Below, piece by piece: positions 1 to 7,658 of a stretch of 34,383 nucleotides of DNA (the first letter of the stretch is position 1; every line of letters starts with the position of its first letter). A program made the position numbers and the translations under genes. The notes beneath the pieces were generated by a model. That model did not search any database. It saw nothing but the letters and a program-made list of their open reading frames with translations, and was not told the DNA's origin. Origin of the DNA: a virus; the UHGV virus genome UHGV-0341269; one strand, 5' to 3'.

Positions 1-56
1 ACCTTGTTGACGGGAGGTAAGGAACCCAGAGACTGAACAACTGAAAGAACAAAATC
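1..56 (+). promoter_or_regulatory. Promoter/5' leader unit A (3' part); -35-like TTGACG at 8-13, conserved leader CTGAAAGAACAAAATCATG ending at the ATG of 57..932; the 5' part of the unit is at the window end (34346-34383)
   Basis: Near-identical to the internal unit at 1201-1261 (CTTGTTGACGG[G/A]AGGTAAGGA ... CTGAAAGAACAAAA[T/C][C/A]ATG), read directly from the sequence. Confidence 0.5.
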
Positions 57-932
57 ATGGAAATCACCAACACCAAAAACTTGACGGCGGAACAGATTGT
101 CCGGGCACTCAATTCTAAAGGCTATCTCTACTATGGCGAATCTGCCCGCGTCTGGAACGGCAACACGCAATCCCGAATCTACTTTGGCCGTGATTTTGTT
201 ACTATCCTCCCGGACGGAACCATCACCAACGACAAAAGCGGCAAGCGGACACTCACCATTGGAGACGAAGCCGTCGAAGCCATCCGAGACATTGTAACCC
301 CTTCCGCCTCTGCGGAAGAGCCGCAGGAAAAACCTGCCGGAGAATCAGCCACCATCAACACCACAACAACCCGCGGAACGGAAGTAGCAATCACTCTCAC
401 GGCAGATACAATCACCGCTGAACTCACAATTCCTCCTTTTGGCAAATTCACCACGGAAGCGGACATTGCACCCCTGAAGGGGCAATTTGCCCTGCGCGGC
501 AAGGTTCCGACCGGGGAAAACTTGTTTATCACCGTTGCAGAAGACGTCATCACGGACATCATTGCCAAACGTCAGCAGCTTTTCCAAAAACAAGAAGAAA
601 GGCTTTTCCCCGGAATTTCTGAACTCCGGGAAATAACCGCGCGTTGGAACAAGGCATGGGATAAAAACCGCCGGGCATGGGACAACATCGAAAACAACCC
701 TGCGTATAGCCCCATCAACACCGCAGCCATTGAATCCGAGTTAAACGCCGCCCGCGCCAAATACCCCCGCGCCGCACTGGCCCTAAACGCAACAAGCTAT
801 ACCCTGGCGAGCCATCACAGCAAAATAGCCGCAGGAAAAAAAGCCCTGGAACTCTTGAAAAATGGCGGAAGCTTGGAAGAAGCTCAATCAATTCTTGACA
901 ACTGGCTCCCTCAAGAGGCCATGTGGGACTAA
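57..932 (+). CDS. Hypothetical 291-aa protein, first gene of the only plus-strand operon; no recognisable motif
   Basis: Long ATG-initiated ORF preceded by the conserved promoter/leader unit; opposite orientation to all other phage genes. Confidence 0.6.
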   Translation: MEITNTKNLTAEQIVRALNSKGYLYYGESARVWNGNTQSRIYFGRDFVTILPDGTITNDKSGKRTLTIGDEAVEAIRDIVTPSASAEEPQEKPAGESATINTTTTRGTEVAITLTADTITAELTIPPFGKFTTEADIAPLKGQFALRGKVPTGENLFITVAEDVITDIIAKRQQLFQKQEERLFPGISELREITARWNKAWDKNRRAWDNIENNPAYSPINTAAIESELNAARAKYPRAALALNATSYTLASHHSKIAAGKKALELLKNGGSLEEAQSILDNWLPQEAMWD

Positions 933-947
933 ACAGAAAACAAAATC

Positions 948-1181
948 ATGACTATCCAAGAATTCCTCGACTGGATTTACAAGACCTATGAATTAAAAAA
1001 TCCTTATGATGCGGTAAAAAAGGCTATGGAGCTTTTAAAGGTTACGGAAATGAGTATCTATCATTGGAAAAATGGAAAAAGGAAGCTACAGCCTTATATG
1101 CAGCAGTTAATCGCTGTGACGATTGAAAACCATGATTTGAAAAAAAGTTGTCGGGAAAGTAATTTTCTCTTGCGTCACTAA
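948..1181 (+). CDS. Small HTH DNA-binding protein (Cro/Xre-like, 77 aa)
   Basis: Motif KKAMELLKVTEMSIYHWKNGKRKL resembles the helix-turn-helix of Xre/Cro proteins (…TISNWENGKR… pattern); its stop codon TAA (1179-1181) lies inside the operator palindrome. Confidence 0.55.
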   Translation: MTIQEFLDWIYKTYELKNPYDAVKKAMELLKVTEMSIYHWKNGKRKLQPYMQQLIAVTIENHDLKKSCRESNFLLRH

Positions 1182-1193
1182 ACATTGTTTAGT
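1177..1193. promoter_or_regulatory. Operator-like inverted repeat ACTAAACA-T-TGTTTAGT (copy B)
   Basis: Perfect 8-bp arms with a 1-nt spacer, immediately upstream of the -35-like TTGACG (1206-1211); a second copy is at 34360-34378. Confidence 0.5.
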
Positions 1194-1258
1194 ATATTGG
1201 TCTTGTTGACGGAAGGTAAGGATCCGGAAACAGAACAACAAACTGAAAGAACAAAACA
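1194..1258 (+). promoter_or_regulatory. Promoter/5' leader unit B (TTGACG at 1206-1211, conserved leader ending at ATG 1259)
   Basis: Direct repeat of the 1-56 unit; it drives a possible 32-aa ORF (1259-1357) that converges on and overlaps the 3' end of minus-strand gene 1299-1556. Confidence 0.4.
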
Positions 1259-1298
1259 ATGAATCAATACACCTACATCACCACCGCTTACGGACCAG

Positions 1299-1556
1299 CT
1301 AAAAATCACGCCCCTGCTTGCTCAAATAATGCACACAGGGACGTGACCCGGTTTTGACCACGTCGCCAGTCCTTGCCAGGTAATCCAGCCTGTGGGACAC
1401 GTTACTGGGGTCCAGATGGCACCTGTCAGCAATCTCCCGTGACGTTCTTCCCGGATGATCTCGGACCTCCATCAGGATAAGCAGCTGCGACGGCCGCACC
1501 CTCTGGCGGACAATGTTCCGCAACAGGTCTTTTCTGACTGACGACATGTTCTTCAT
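1299..1556 (-). CDS. Winged-helix (MarR-like) DNA-binding protein, 86 aa from the MKNM start
   Basis: LLILMEVRDHPGRTSREIADRCHLDPSNVSHRLDYLARTGDVV fits a winged-HTH; ATG at 1556 sits 8 nt after an AGGGAGG motif and 4 nt after the DnaB stop, so the two are translationally coupled; the ORF track's longer 1592 start is probably spurious. Confidence 0.5.
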   Translation of the reverse strand: MKNMSSVRKDLLRNIVRQRVRPSQLLILMEVRDHPGRTSREIADRCHLDPSNVSHRLDYLARTGDVVKTGSRPCVHYLSKQGRDF

Positions 1557-1560
1557 GATA

Positions 1561-2874
1561 TTAAGCCTCCCTGTAGGTAGTGGCGGCAGCATCCCATTTC
1601 AGGTCAATGTAACCAATCTCCCCGAAACGGTTCTTGCCGACGATGATTTTCGCCTCTTCCGGATCTGCATTTTTGTCCATGACGTATGGCCTGTAGAGCA
1701 ATAATATCTGGTCGGCATCCTGTTCGATGGAGCCGGAGTCGCGCAGGTCGGACACACGGGGAACCCCGGCTTCCTTCCCGGCGCGTTTCTCCGCTTCCCG
1801 GTTCAACTGGGCCAGCACGATTACCGGAATATTCAGCTCCTTGGCCAGGGCCTTGAGGCCGGCGGAAATCTCTGACACTTCCCGTTCCCGGGAAGCGCCG
1901 CGGCTGGAAGGATTGGCAAGCTGCAGGTAGTCCACGCCGATGCACCTCACGCCGTGGTCCGCCACCATGCGCCGGGCGGTTGCCTGGATCTGGTCAATCC
2001 TCAAGGCTCCCCGGTCGTCCACGAAGAAGGGCAGGCTCTTCACCTTGCGAACCGCATTGGTGAAAGCCTCCTGCTGCCACTTGGTCAGCTTGATGCCTCG
2101 GCGCAGATTGGCCGCATTGATTTTGGACATGCCAAAAAGCGTACGTTCAAGTAACTGCTCCTTGGACATTTCCAGAGAGAACATGCCTACTGGCACCCCT
2201 TCGGCAGCCAGATTGTACAGAATATTGGTCATGAAGGAAGTCTTCCCCACGGCGGGCCGGGCTCCGATGACGATCATGGAAGTCTTCTGCAGGCCGTCCA
2301 GCATCCTGTCCAGGGAGGGATACCCGGTAGGAAGCCCCTTGGTCTGTCCTGGATTCTTGATGCGGAACTCCAACCCTTCCACCACCTTCTGTGTGCCATC
2401 AGCCATGCGCGCCACTTGGGCCACTCCGTAAGTTTCCCGCAAGGAGGACATCACCTTTTCGGCTTCCGCCAGAACTTCGTCTTTGGTCAGGGTTGGGTTT
2501 TGAAGATTTTCCAGCCCGGAAATGAACAGGGATTCCACATCCCGCTTCTTCTTGGATTCCGCCAGAATCTTCACGGAGGGCTCGAACTGGAAATGGTAGG
2601 CAAAGCTGGTTGAAAGCTCGACAAGCCCGACATGTCCCCCTACGGATTCCAAGTCTCCGGAAGAGTCCAGGTGCTGGATCAGGTCGGTAATGTTGAGCTT
2701 CTCCGGCGTCTTGGACAAGGCTTCAAAGGCAGCCCATATTTTCTGGTGGGCAGGAAGGGCAAAGTGGCTCCTTCCAATGCCTTGTTCGACGAGAGCGGCC
2801 ACCTTGTCGGCTCCGTCAATGCAGTTGCCAAGAACGGTTTTCTCGGCGTTGAGTTGTGTTTCTGTAAGTTGCAT
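1561..2874 (-). CDS. dnaB: Replicative DNA helicase, DnaB family
   Basis: Walker A GARPAVGKTSF, plus the DnaB-type C-terminal RecA-like domain (GVDYLQL, LKALAKELNIPVIVLAQLNR, SDLRDSGSIEQDADQI). Confidence 0.9.
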   Translation of the reverse strand: MQLTETQLNAEKTVLGNCIDGADKVAALVEQGIGRSHFALPAHQKIWAAFEALSKTPEKLNITDLIQHLDSSGDLESVGGHVGLVELSTSFAYHFQFEPSVKILAESKKKRDVESLFISGLENLQNPTLTKDEVLAEAEKVMSSLRETYGVAQVARMADGTQKVVEGLEFRIKNPGQTKGLPTGYPSLDRMLDGLQKTSMIVIGARPAVGKTSFMTNILYNLAAEGVPVGMFSLEMSKEQLLERTLFGMSKINAANLRRGIKLTKWQQEAFTNAVRKVKSLPFFVDDRGALRIDQIQATARRMVADHGVRCIGVDYLQLANPSSRGASREREVSEISAGLKALAKELNIPVIVLAQLNREAEKRAGKEAGVPRVSDLRDSGSIEQDADQILLLYRPYVMDKNADPEEAKIIVGKNRFGEIGYIDLKWDAAATTYREA

Positions 2875-2890
2875 AAATTGTTATTGAGGG

Positions 2891-3706
2891 TTAAATGTTT
2901 TTTCTAAATCTTGGATCGAAGGGGTCTCTTTCCACTCCTGGTGATTGCCCTTTTGTTTCGAGGTTCCTTGCCCAACGCTGGGCGTAACTCCAAGCATTGC
3001 TTTTCCAGTTTGAAATAGGCACGCCTGACCTGTCCACCCAACCCAAACCGTCCCGATCCGCCCAGTATTGCTGGGCGCATTCTGGAATCTCTCTGGGGGG
3101 TAGGAGCAAGCAGCCTCTTCCAACCTCGTTTTTCAGGTGGGCTTCCACTTCTCCCGGTGAAGAAGGAAGAGAAGAACGAGAAGGAGCAGTTGCCGAACGC
3201 GAGCCGTTAGGCGAAGCTTCCTTCGTCTCCGTCTCCGATTTCGTATACGTATCCGTCTTCGTCTCCGTCTCCGTATAAGCGGTGGATTTCCGTGACTCAC
3301 CGTTATTCACCGTGGATTCCCGTGAACTACCGTGACTCACTGTATTACACGGTGAATCACCGTCAGGAAGCGGGAACTTGGGCTTACTCTGTCTGCGCTG
3401 CCCGAAATTGATGATCTGCACGTAATCCTTGCCCCCGACACAGTATGCCCTTACAAGCCCGGCTTCCTCCGTTTCGTGAAGGCAGTCTTGAATGTCCTGG
3501 TTACTGATTTTGTCAAGGTGCAGGGGGAATAAGCGAGTCCTCAATACCGTAGGGCGAGCGTCAAACAGGCCGTAGTCATCCGCCACCAACAGGAGCCGAT
3601 GGAAGAAGCATTCGGTACGCCATGAAAGTGCCGCGACCTTTTCTGAATCAAGGAACCCCTCTCTAATCATTCGTGATGTTGCCATACCCTTTAAGCATAA
3701 TTTCAA
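2891..3706 (-). CDS. Putative phage replication initiation / replisome-organiser protein, with a TETE-repeat linker
   Basis: Lies immediately upstream of dnaB in the same operon; the N-terminal domain resembles phage replisome organisers; the central low-complexity linker is encoded by an iteron-like DNA repeat array. Confidence 0.45.
   Translation of the reverse strand: MKLCLKGMATSRMIREGFLDSEKVAALSWRTECFFHRLLLVADDYGLFDARPTVLRTRLFPLHLDKISNQDIQDCLHETEEAGLVRAYCVGGKDYVQIINFGQRRQSKPKFPLPDGDSPCNTVSHGSSRESTVNNGESRKSTAYTETETKTDTYTKSETETKEASPNGSRSATAPSRSSLPSSPGEVEAHLKNEVGRGCLLLPPREIPECAQQYWADRDGLGWVDRSGVPISNWKSNAWSYAQRWARNLETKGQSPGVERDPFDPRFRKNI
3281..3360. repeat. Eight consecutive 10-bp iteron-like repeats (consensus CGTGANTCAC), flanked upstream by two copies of TCGTCTCCGTCTCCG (3224-3238, 3259-3273)
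   Basis: GGTGGATTTC/CGTGACTCAC/CGTTATTCAC/CGTGGATTCC/CGTGAACTAC/CGTGACTCAC/TGTATTACAC/GGTGAATCAC read directly; the period is one helical turn; they lie inside the initiator CDS, as in lambda O/ori. Confidence 0.55.
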
Positions 3707-3755
3707 TTGTCCTTTTTCTTACTCTCCGCGGCCTGGATGCTAAATATGGAGGGTT

Positions 3756-4247
3756 TCATAACACTGCCACCTTTCCATACCCCCGGTTTTGCAGTGTATG
3801 CAGTAGGGGTGCCTCGGTATTATCCCACGCCACAAGGCAACTTGGCGCGTTGGGCTGGTTTCCGTGGGTCTCACCGTCCGGGCGGCAAAAGCGGATGCGG
3901 CCTTTCCAAAGGAACAGATACCGGGCACGGTGCAGCACGCACCGCTGGAACCAGCGAGTATCTGACCTCATGAAAATGAGTGCCAGACCTCCGCCGACAT
4001 GGTTACTCATACGTTCCATGAACGCTTCTGCTTCATTCCCATAAGGAGGGTTAAGCCATACGCGCCCCTCCCATGGCATCAGAAGGCCGTTATCCTCCAC
4101 GGTGTAGTTAACACGGGCACAATCCCACGGACGCACGGTAGCGGCGCAGGGGTCCACGTCGAACTGTCCCAGCAGATCCAATACGTAGCGCGGAGTGAGC
4201 CAGACGTTGGTAGTTTGCGCGGTTTTGGCAGTGTTAAAGGTATTCAT
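3756..4247 (-). CDS. DNA N6-adenine methyltransferase (phage Dam-like)
   Basis: Catalytic NPPY motif (WLNPPYG) in a ~160-aa protein typical of the phage Dam family. Confidence 0.75.
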   Translation of the reverse strand: MNTFNTAKTAQTTNVWLTPRYVLDLLGQFDVDPCAATVRPWDCARVNYTVEDNGLLMPWEGRVWLNPPYGNEAEAFMERMSNHVGGGLALIFMRSDTRWFQRCVLHRARYLFLWKGRIRFCRPDGETHGNQPNAPSCLVAWDNTEAPLLHTLQNRGYGKVAVL

Positions 4248-5224
4248 TCTCCCTCCTTTCCGCGTCGGAATCTGCTGAGCAGAACCCGGAATGCTGTTGC
4301 CGCCACTGCCGGAACTTGTCCGTTGCCAAGGGCTTCAATGCGGTCCACTCTAGCGGCCACCCCATGAGCCACTCGGTCCACGTCGGGTTCAGCTGACCAC
4401 CATTCCCCGCAGTCATCTGTTTCCGCTCTTCCGTCGTGACAATCCCTTCGGCTTCCAGGGCTTTCATTTTCTGAAAAGCCCCACTTCCTCCGCACATGCC
4501 TTTTGTTCTTGGGGTAGGAAATCTGCTGGCTATAGTTCCCAGGTTCGGGGACTTCCGATTGCCCTGGCTGGAGCCGCTGTCCTTCCAATCCCGTGAGGTT
4601 GGAGTCGGGAATTTTGCAATCTGGTCGTTCAGGTTCCGACTTCGGGCTGGGTCTTCCCATCTTCTGGCTTCTCCCGTCCTGAAATCCCTGGCTTGCGGGG
4701 TTGCAAATTTCATGCCCTGCCCCAGCGGCGGAGTTGACAGCAAGTATCCACATGCGCTTACGCTCATGCGGGGCACCCACGTCGTCCGCTCCCAGCACCA
4801 TCCATTCCGCATCATACCCGATCGCGGCCAAGTCCCCAAGAACACATCCAAGCCCGCGAGAAGTGAGCATTGGGGAGTTCTCCACAAAGACGTATTTCGG
4901 TCGTACTTCGCCAACAATCCGGTGCATTTCCCGCCAGAGTCCAGAGCGGGCGCCATCAATGCCGGCACCTTTACCTGCCGCGCTGATGTCCTGGCACGGG
5001 AAGCCTCCAGATACCACGTCAACAAGGCCGCGCCATGGTCGCCCGTCAAAGGTGCATACGTCATCCCAAACCGGGAAAGGCGGGAGTAGGCCGTCATTCT
5101 GTCGGGCGAGCAGTACGCTTGCGGGATAGGGTTCGAGCTCGACGGCGCAGACGGTGCGGAATCCGAGCAGCTCGCTGCCAAGTATTCCTCCACCAGCGCC
5201 CGCGAAAAGATGTAGCTCATTCAC
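4244..5224 (-). CDS. DNA (cytosine-5)-methyltransferase
   Basis: Motif I LFAGAGG, motif IV GFPCQDIS, motif VI VENSP, and a C-terminal LGNGQVP (motif X-like); the stop overlaps the Dam start. Confidence 0.8.
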   Translation of the reverse strand: MNELHLFAGAGGGILGSELLGFRTVCAVELEPYPASVLLARQNDGLLPPFPVWDDVCTFDGRPWRGLVDVVSGGFPCQDISAAGKGAGIDGARSGLWREMHRIVGEVRPKYVFVENSPMLTSRGLGCVLGDLAAIGYDAEWMVLGADDVGAPHERKRMWILAVNSAAGAGHEICNPASQGFQDGRSQKMGRPSPKSEPERPDCKIPDSNLTGLEGQRLQPGQSEVPEPGNYSQQISYPKNKRHVRRKWGFSENESPGSRRDCHDGRAETDDCGEWWSAEPDVDRVAHGVAARVDRIEALGNGQVPAVAATAFRVLLSRFRRGKEGE

Positions 5225-5586
5225 TCTCCCTCCTTTCTCGGCTCCCAGTTGACAGCAAATCCCTCGTTGATGCAGGGGTTACAAACAACCGGCACGGGTT
5301 TAATATTTTTGTAAGCGCAGTTGTGGCAATCGCGATGGATTAAAGGCACCCACGCCCGGCACGCGGCCCGTTTCTGGCGGACGGTATAGATTTTCCCGGC
5401 AAGGTCCGTTGCCATTCTTAAGATCCTTTTTTCAGAGGGCATCAAAAGGTAATATGGCTCTCCAAATTCATGAATGGCGTGTTGCCGGATTTTCTGAATG
5501 GTTTCCCTGACGGACTCCACGGATTTCCCGTACTCGTAAAAAGCTTTCTGCTCAGGCGTCATCTTCATGCGAGCACCCTTTCTCAA
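5221..5586 (-). CDS. Hypothetical protein with a C-terminal Cys cluster (CHNC…CNPC)
   Basis: ORF with an ATGA stop/start overlap to the downstream MTase gene. Confidence 0.4.
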   Translation of the reverse strand: MRKGARMKMTPEQKAFYEYGKSVESVRETIQKIRQHAIHEFGEPYYLLMPSEKRILRMATDLAGKIYTVRQKRAACRAWVPLIHRDCHNCAYKNIKPVPVVCNPCINEGFAVNWEPRKEGE

Positions 5587-5809
5587 TTAAGGATTTAAGT
5601 TCATTGAAACAACGGAGGCGTGAGGCATTCTTGGTCGTGCAAATAAGGTGCTGCGCCCACCGTGCATGTCGTTTGGTGGGGTACCCCATGCGGTAACGGC
5701 CCGTTATGCCATTGTGGTGCACAATCGCGGCCTGAACTTCGTATTTCCGGCTGTCGGTTTTCTTCATGGGGCAAACCTGCTGGACGATGATATGAGGGTT
5801 CTTTTTCAT
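5552..5809 (-). CDS. Hypothetical small protein; weak HNH-like HHNG motif
   Basis: IVHHNGITG … HARWAQHLIC loosely resembles HNH nuclease cores; low confidence. Confidence 0.3.
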   Translation of the reverse strand: MKKNPHIIVQQVCPMKKTDSRKYEVQAAIVHHNGITGRYRMGYPTKRHARWAQHLICTTKNASRLRCFNELKSLIEKGCSHEDDA

Positions 5810-6132
5810 TGTTCCGCCCCTCCTTTCCGTTCAAGCTCCCACGGATATGTGTCGATTTTACCGTCAACCAAAGTTCGGAATATTAAGTTTCCTTGTTCTT
5901 CGTCGAATCTATCATCTACCGCCGCAAGATCGCCTGTTATCCCATATTCGTTTTCAACAGGATCACCGCCTCCATTATGAAGCAAATAATCCAATGGTTC
6001 ACCGTTTTTATCTGCTATAATAACATGTTGACCATTATTCCAACCAACGATCGGATAAATGCATCCTGCAACAAAACCTCCTGATGATACTAAGCAAAGG
6101 CATTCTTTATATGTTTTCTTAAATCTATTCAT
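5806..6132 (-). CDS. Hypothetical protein encoded in an AT-rich island
   Basis: ORF in a region (about 5830-6180) whose base composition is clearly lower in GC than the flanks. Confidence 0.4.
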   Translation of the reverse strand: MNRFKKTYKECLCLVSSGGFVAGCIYPIVGWNNGQHVIIADKNGEPLDYLLHNGGGDPVENEYGITGDLAAVDDRFDEEQGNLIFRTLVDGKIDTYPWELERKGGAEQ

Positions 6133-6133
6133 T

Positions 6134-6601
6134 TTAATTTCCTTTCTTTAATTTAAGTTTTCCGCTTGGACTAATTGTCCAATCATCAAAAGTGACGGTG
6201 CCGGACAGATTGATCACGGGGTAGGCGTCATAGGGACGGCAACCAAACTTGCCTTTATCGTTCTTCACTCTTAGCCATGCGCCCCATTTTGCACCGATAA
6301 CGGTATATCTATGTCCTCTAACTATGACTTGCTGACCGTGCCGGAAGCGGGTGCCGTAGATGGCGTTGAGGGCGTCAAGATCGACTTGAGCGGCGTTCCT
6401 CTCCGCCTTTTCCTTCTTCCGTCTCCTCTTCTCGCGGGCAGCCTCTTCGCGAGCCTTGCGTGCCTCGTTGGCCTGGTTGGCGCGGAGTATCTCCATAGAC
6501 TCGCGCTCGGCTTGTTCCTGGCTCTTCGTGAGGCCCGCCTTCTTACGGAGATTGTACGCAATCATGACCTGCCGTTTTTTCTCTCTTTCTTCGGGACTCA
6601 T
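6134..6601 (-). CDS. Hypothetical basic protein (start at MSPEE, ATGA-coupled to the upstream gene)
   Basis: ATG 6601-6599 overlaps TGA 6600-6598 of the DUF1064-like gene; the longer 6724 start overlaps that gene by 127 bp. Confidence 0.45.
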   Translation of the reverse strand: MSPEEREKKRQVMIAYNLRKKAGLTKSQEQAERESMEILRANQANEARKAREEAAREKRRRKKEKAERNAAQVDLDALNAIYGTRFRHGQQVIVRGHRYTVIGAKWGAWLRVKNDKGKFGCRPYDAYPVINLSGTVTFDDWTISPSGKLKLKKGN

Positions 6602-6942
6602 TCCGCTTCTCCTTCCTGGATTGTTTCGATTTCCCAACCCGTTTTTGTCTGCTTGGCAGCGATAAAAACAAAGGGGAACTTGTCGGCGGCCGTCTTGATT
6701 TTTACCCTGGCGTCGTCGCGCCAAAAGCCTTTCACTTCGTGGAATTCAAGGGTGCCGTCAGGGCGGACAACCATGAAATCCGGCGTGTATGAGCAGCGGT
6801 TCCCAAGGACCAGTTTGACGGCTTCAAACTTGAATTCCCTTATTTCCCCCTTGTTTTGGAGGTCAGACAGGTAAAAGCAATAGGCGGCTTCTGTTTTATT
6901 CATCACGCCGGGCCGGTGGATAGCTCTTGCCCTGGTTCTCAT
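6598..6942 (-). CDS. DUF1064-like PD-(D/E)xK nuclease (putative phage Holliday-junction resolvase)
   Basis: YTPDFMVV…EFHEVKG…K pattern matches DUF1064; the start ATG overlaps the stop of the exonuclease gene (ATGA). Confidence 0.55.
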   Translation of the reverse strand: MRTRARAIHRPGVMNKTEAAYCFYLSDLQNKGEIREFKFEAVKLVLGNRCSYTPDFMVVRPDGTLEFHEVKGFWRDDARVKIKTAADKFPFVFIAAKQTKTGWEIETIQEGEAE

Positions 6943-7658
6943 GCCGCCCTCCCTTCTGCTGCCGGGCGAATCTCCGGCATGATGCGGGTGTATGCCTCAA
7001 GGTATTTTGGGCCGAATTCGTCCAGAGCCGCCTTAATGCGGTCGGTGTACTCGTCCCATTCCACTTTGACCAAAAACGGGCGCAGTCCGGGGCAGTAGGA
7101 AAGGAAATACCACGCCCGCAAGCCAGTCACAGCCATGGAGCCGTGCACCTGCGGCTTATATTTGTCCGGCAGCACGCCGTCCAGCAGATACCTGGCATGA
7201 TGTTTGGAGAGCGGGCACTTGATTTCAAGGCCGGCAATCACAAGATCAAGCCCGTCTTCCAGATTTTCAAAAACAAGTCCGTCAGGGCTGCACCCGATAG
7301 GGGCCGTTTTGCGGCGGATAAATCCAACTTCTTTTACCGCTTTGCCGGTCAAGGTCGCGAAAAGCTCGCGGGCTTCCGGTTCCAGGGCTTCCCCGCGATC
7401 CGTGTGAAAATTGCCTTCAAAGGTTATTTCATCCGGACGCAGACAGGAGCAGCACAGTTCGATGATTAAATCATCCTGCTGGGCTGACGGCTTCCCGGTT
7501 TTGGGAGTGATCAGTCGGTCAAAGTTGCTGGCGGTCAGATGACCGGAACGCAATTTAAACCATAGGTCGCTCCGTTGTGGGACATCCTCGTAAATAACTA
7601 TATTTTCAAGGTCTAACATAACTTTAGTAGTCCTCTCTATTGGCTGGTACATACTCAC
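6939..7658 (-). CDS. YqaJ-like phage exonuclease (lambda Exo / RecE-type PD-(D/E)xK)
   Basis: SDLWFKLRSGHLTASNF (the YqaJ N-terminal motif) and DGL…GLEIKCP (D…ExK). Confidence 0.75.
   Translation of the reverse strand: MSMYQPIERTTKVMLDLENIVIYEDVPQRSDLWFKLRSGHLTASNFDRLITPKTGKPSAQQDDLIIELCCSCLRPDEITFEGNFHTDRGEALEPEARELFATLTGKAVKEVGFIRRKTAPIGCSPDGLVFENLEDGLDLVIAGLEIKCPLSKHHARYLLDGVLPDKYKPQVHGSMAVTGLRAWYFLSYCPGLRPFLVKVEWDEYTDRIKAALDEFGPKYLEAYTRIMPEIRPAAEGRAA

Noticed and set aside
4234-5220. 328-aa minus-strand ORF
   Set aside because: It is an alternative frame overlapping the C5-methyltransferase gene. The 4244-5224 frame carries all the methyltransferase motifs (FxGxGG, PCQ, ENV), and this frame does not.
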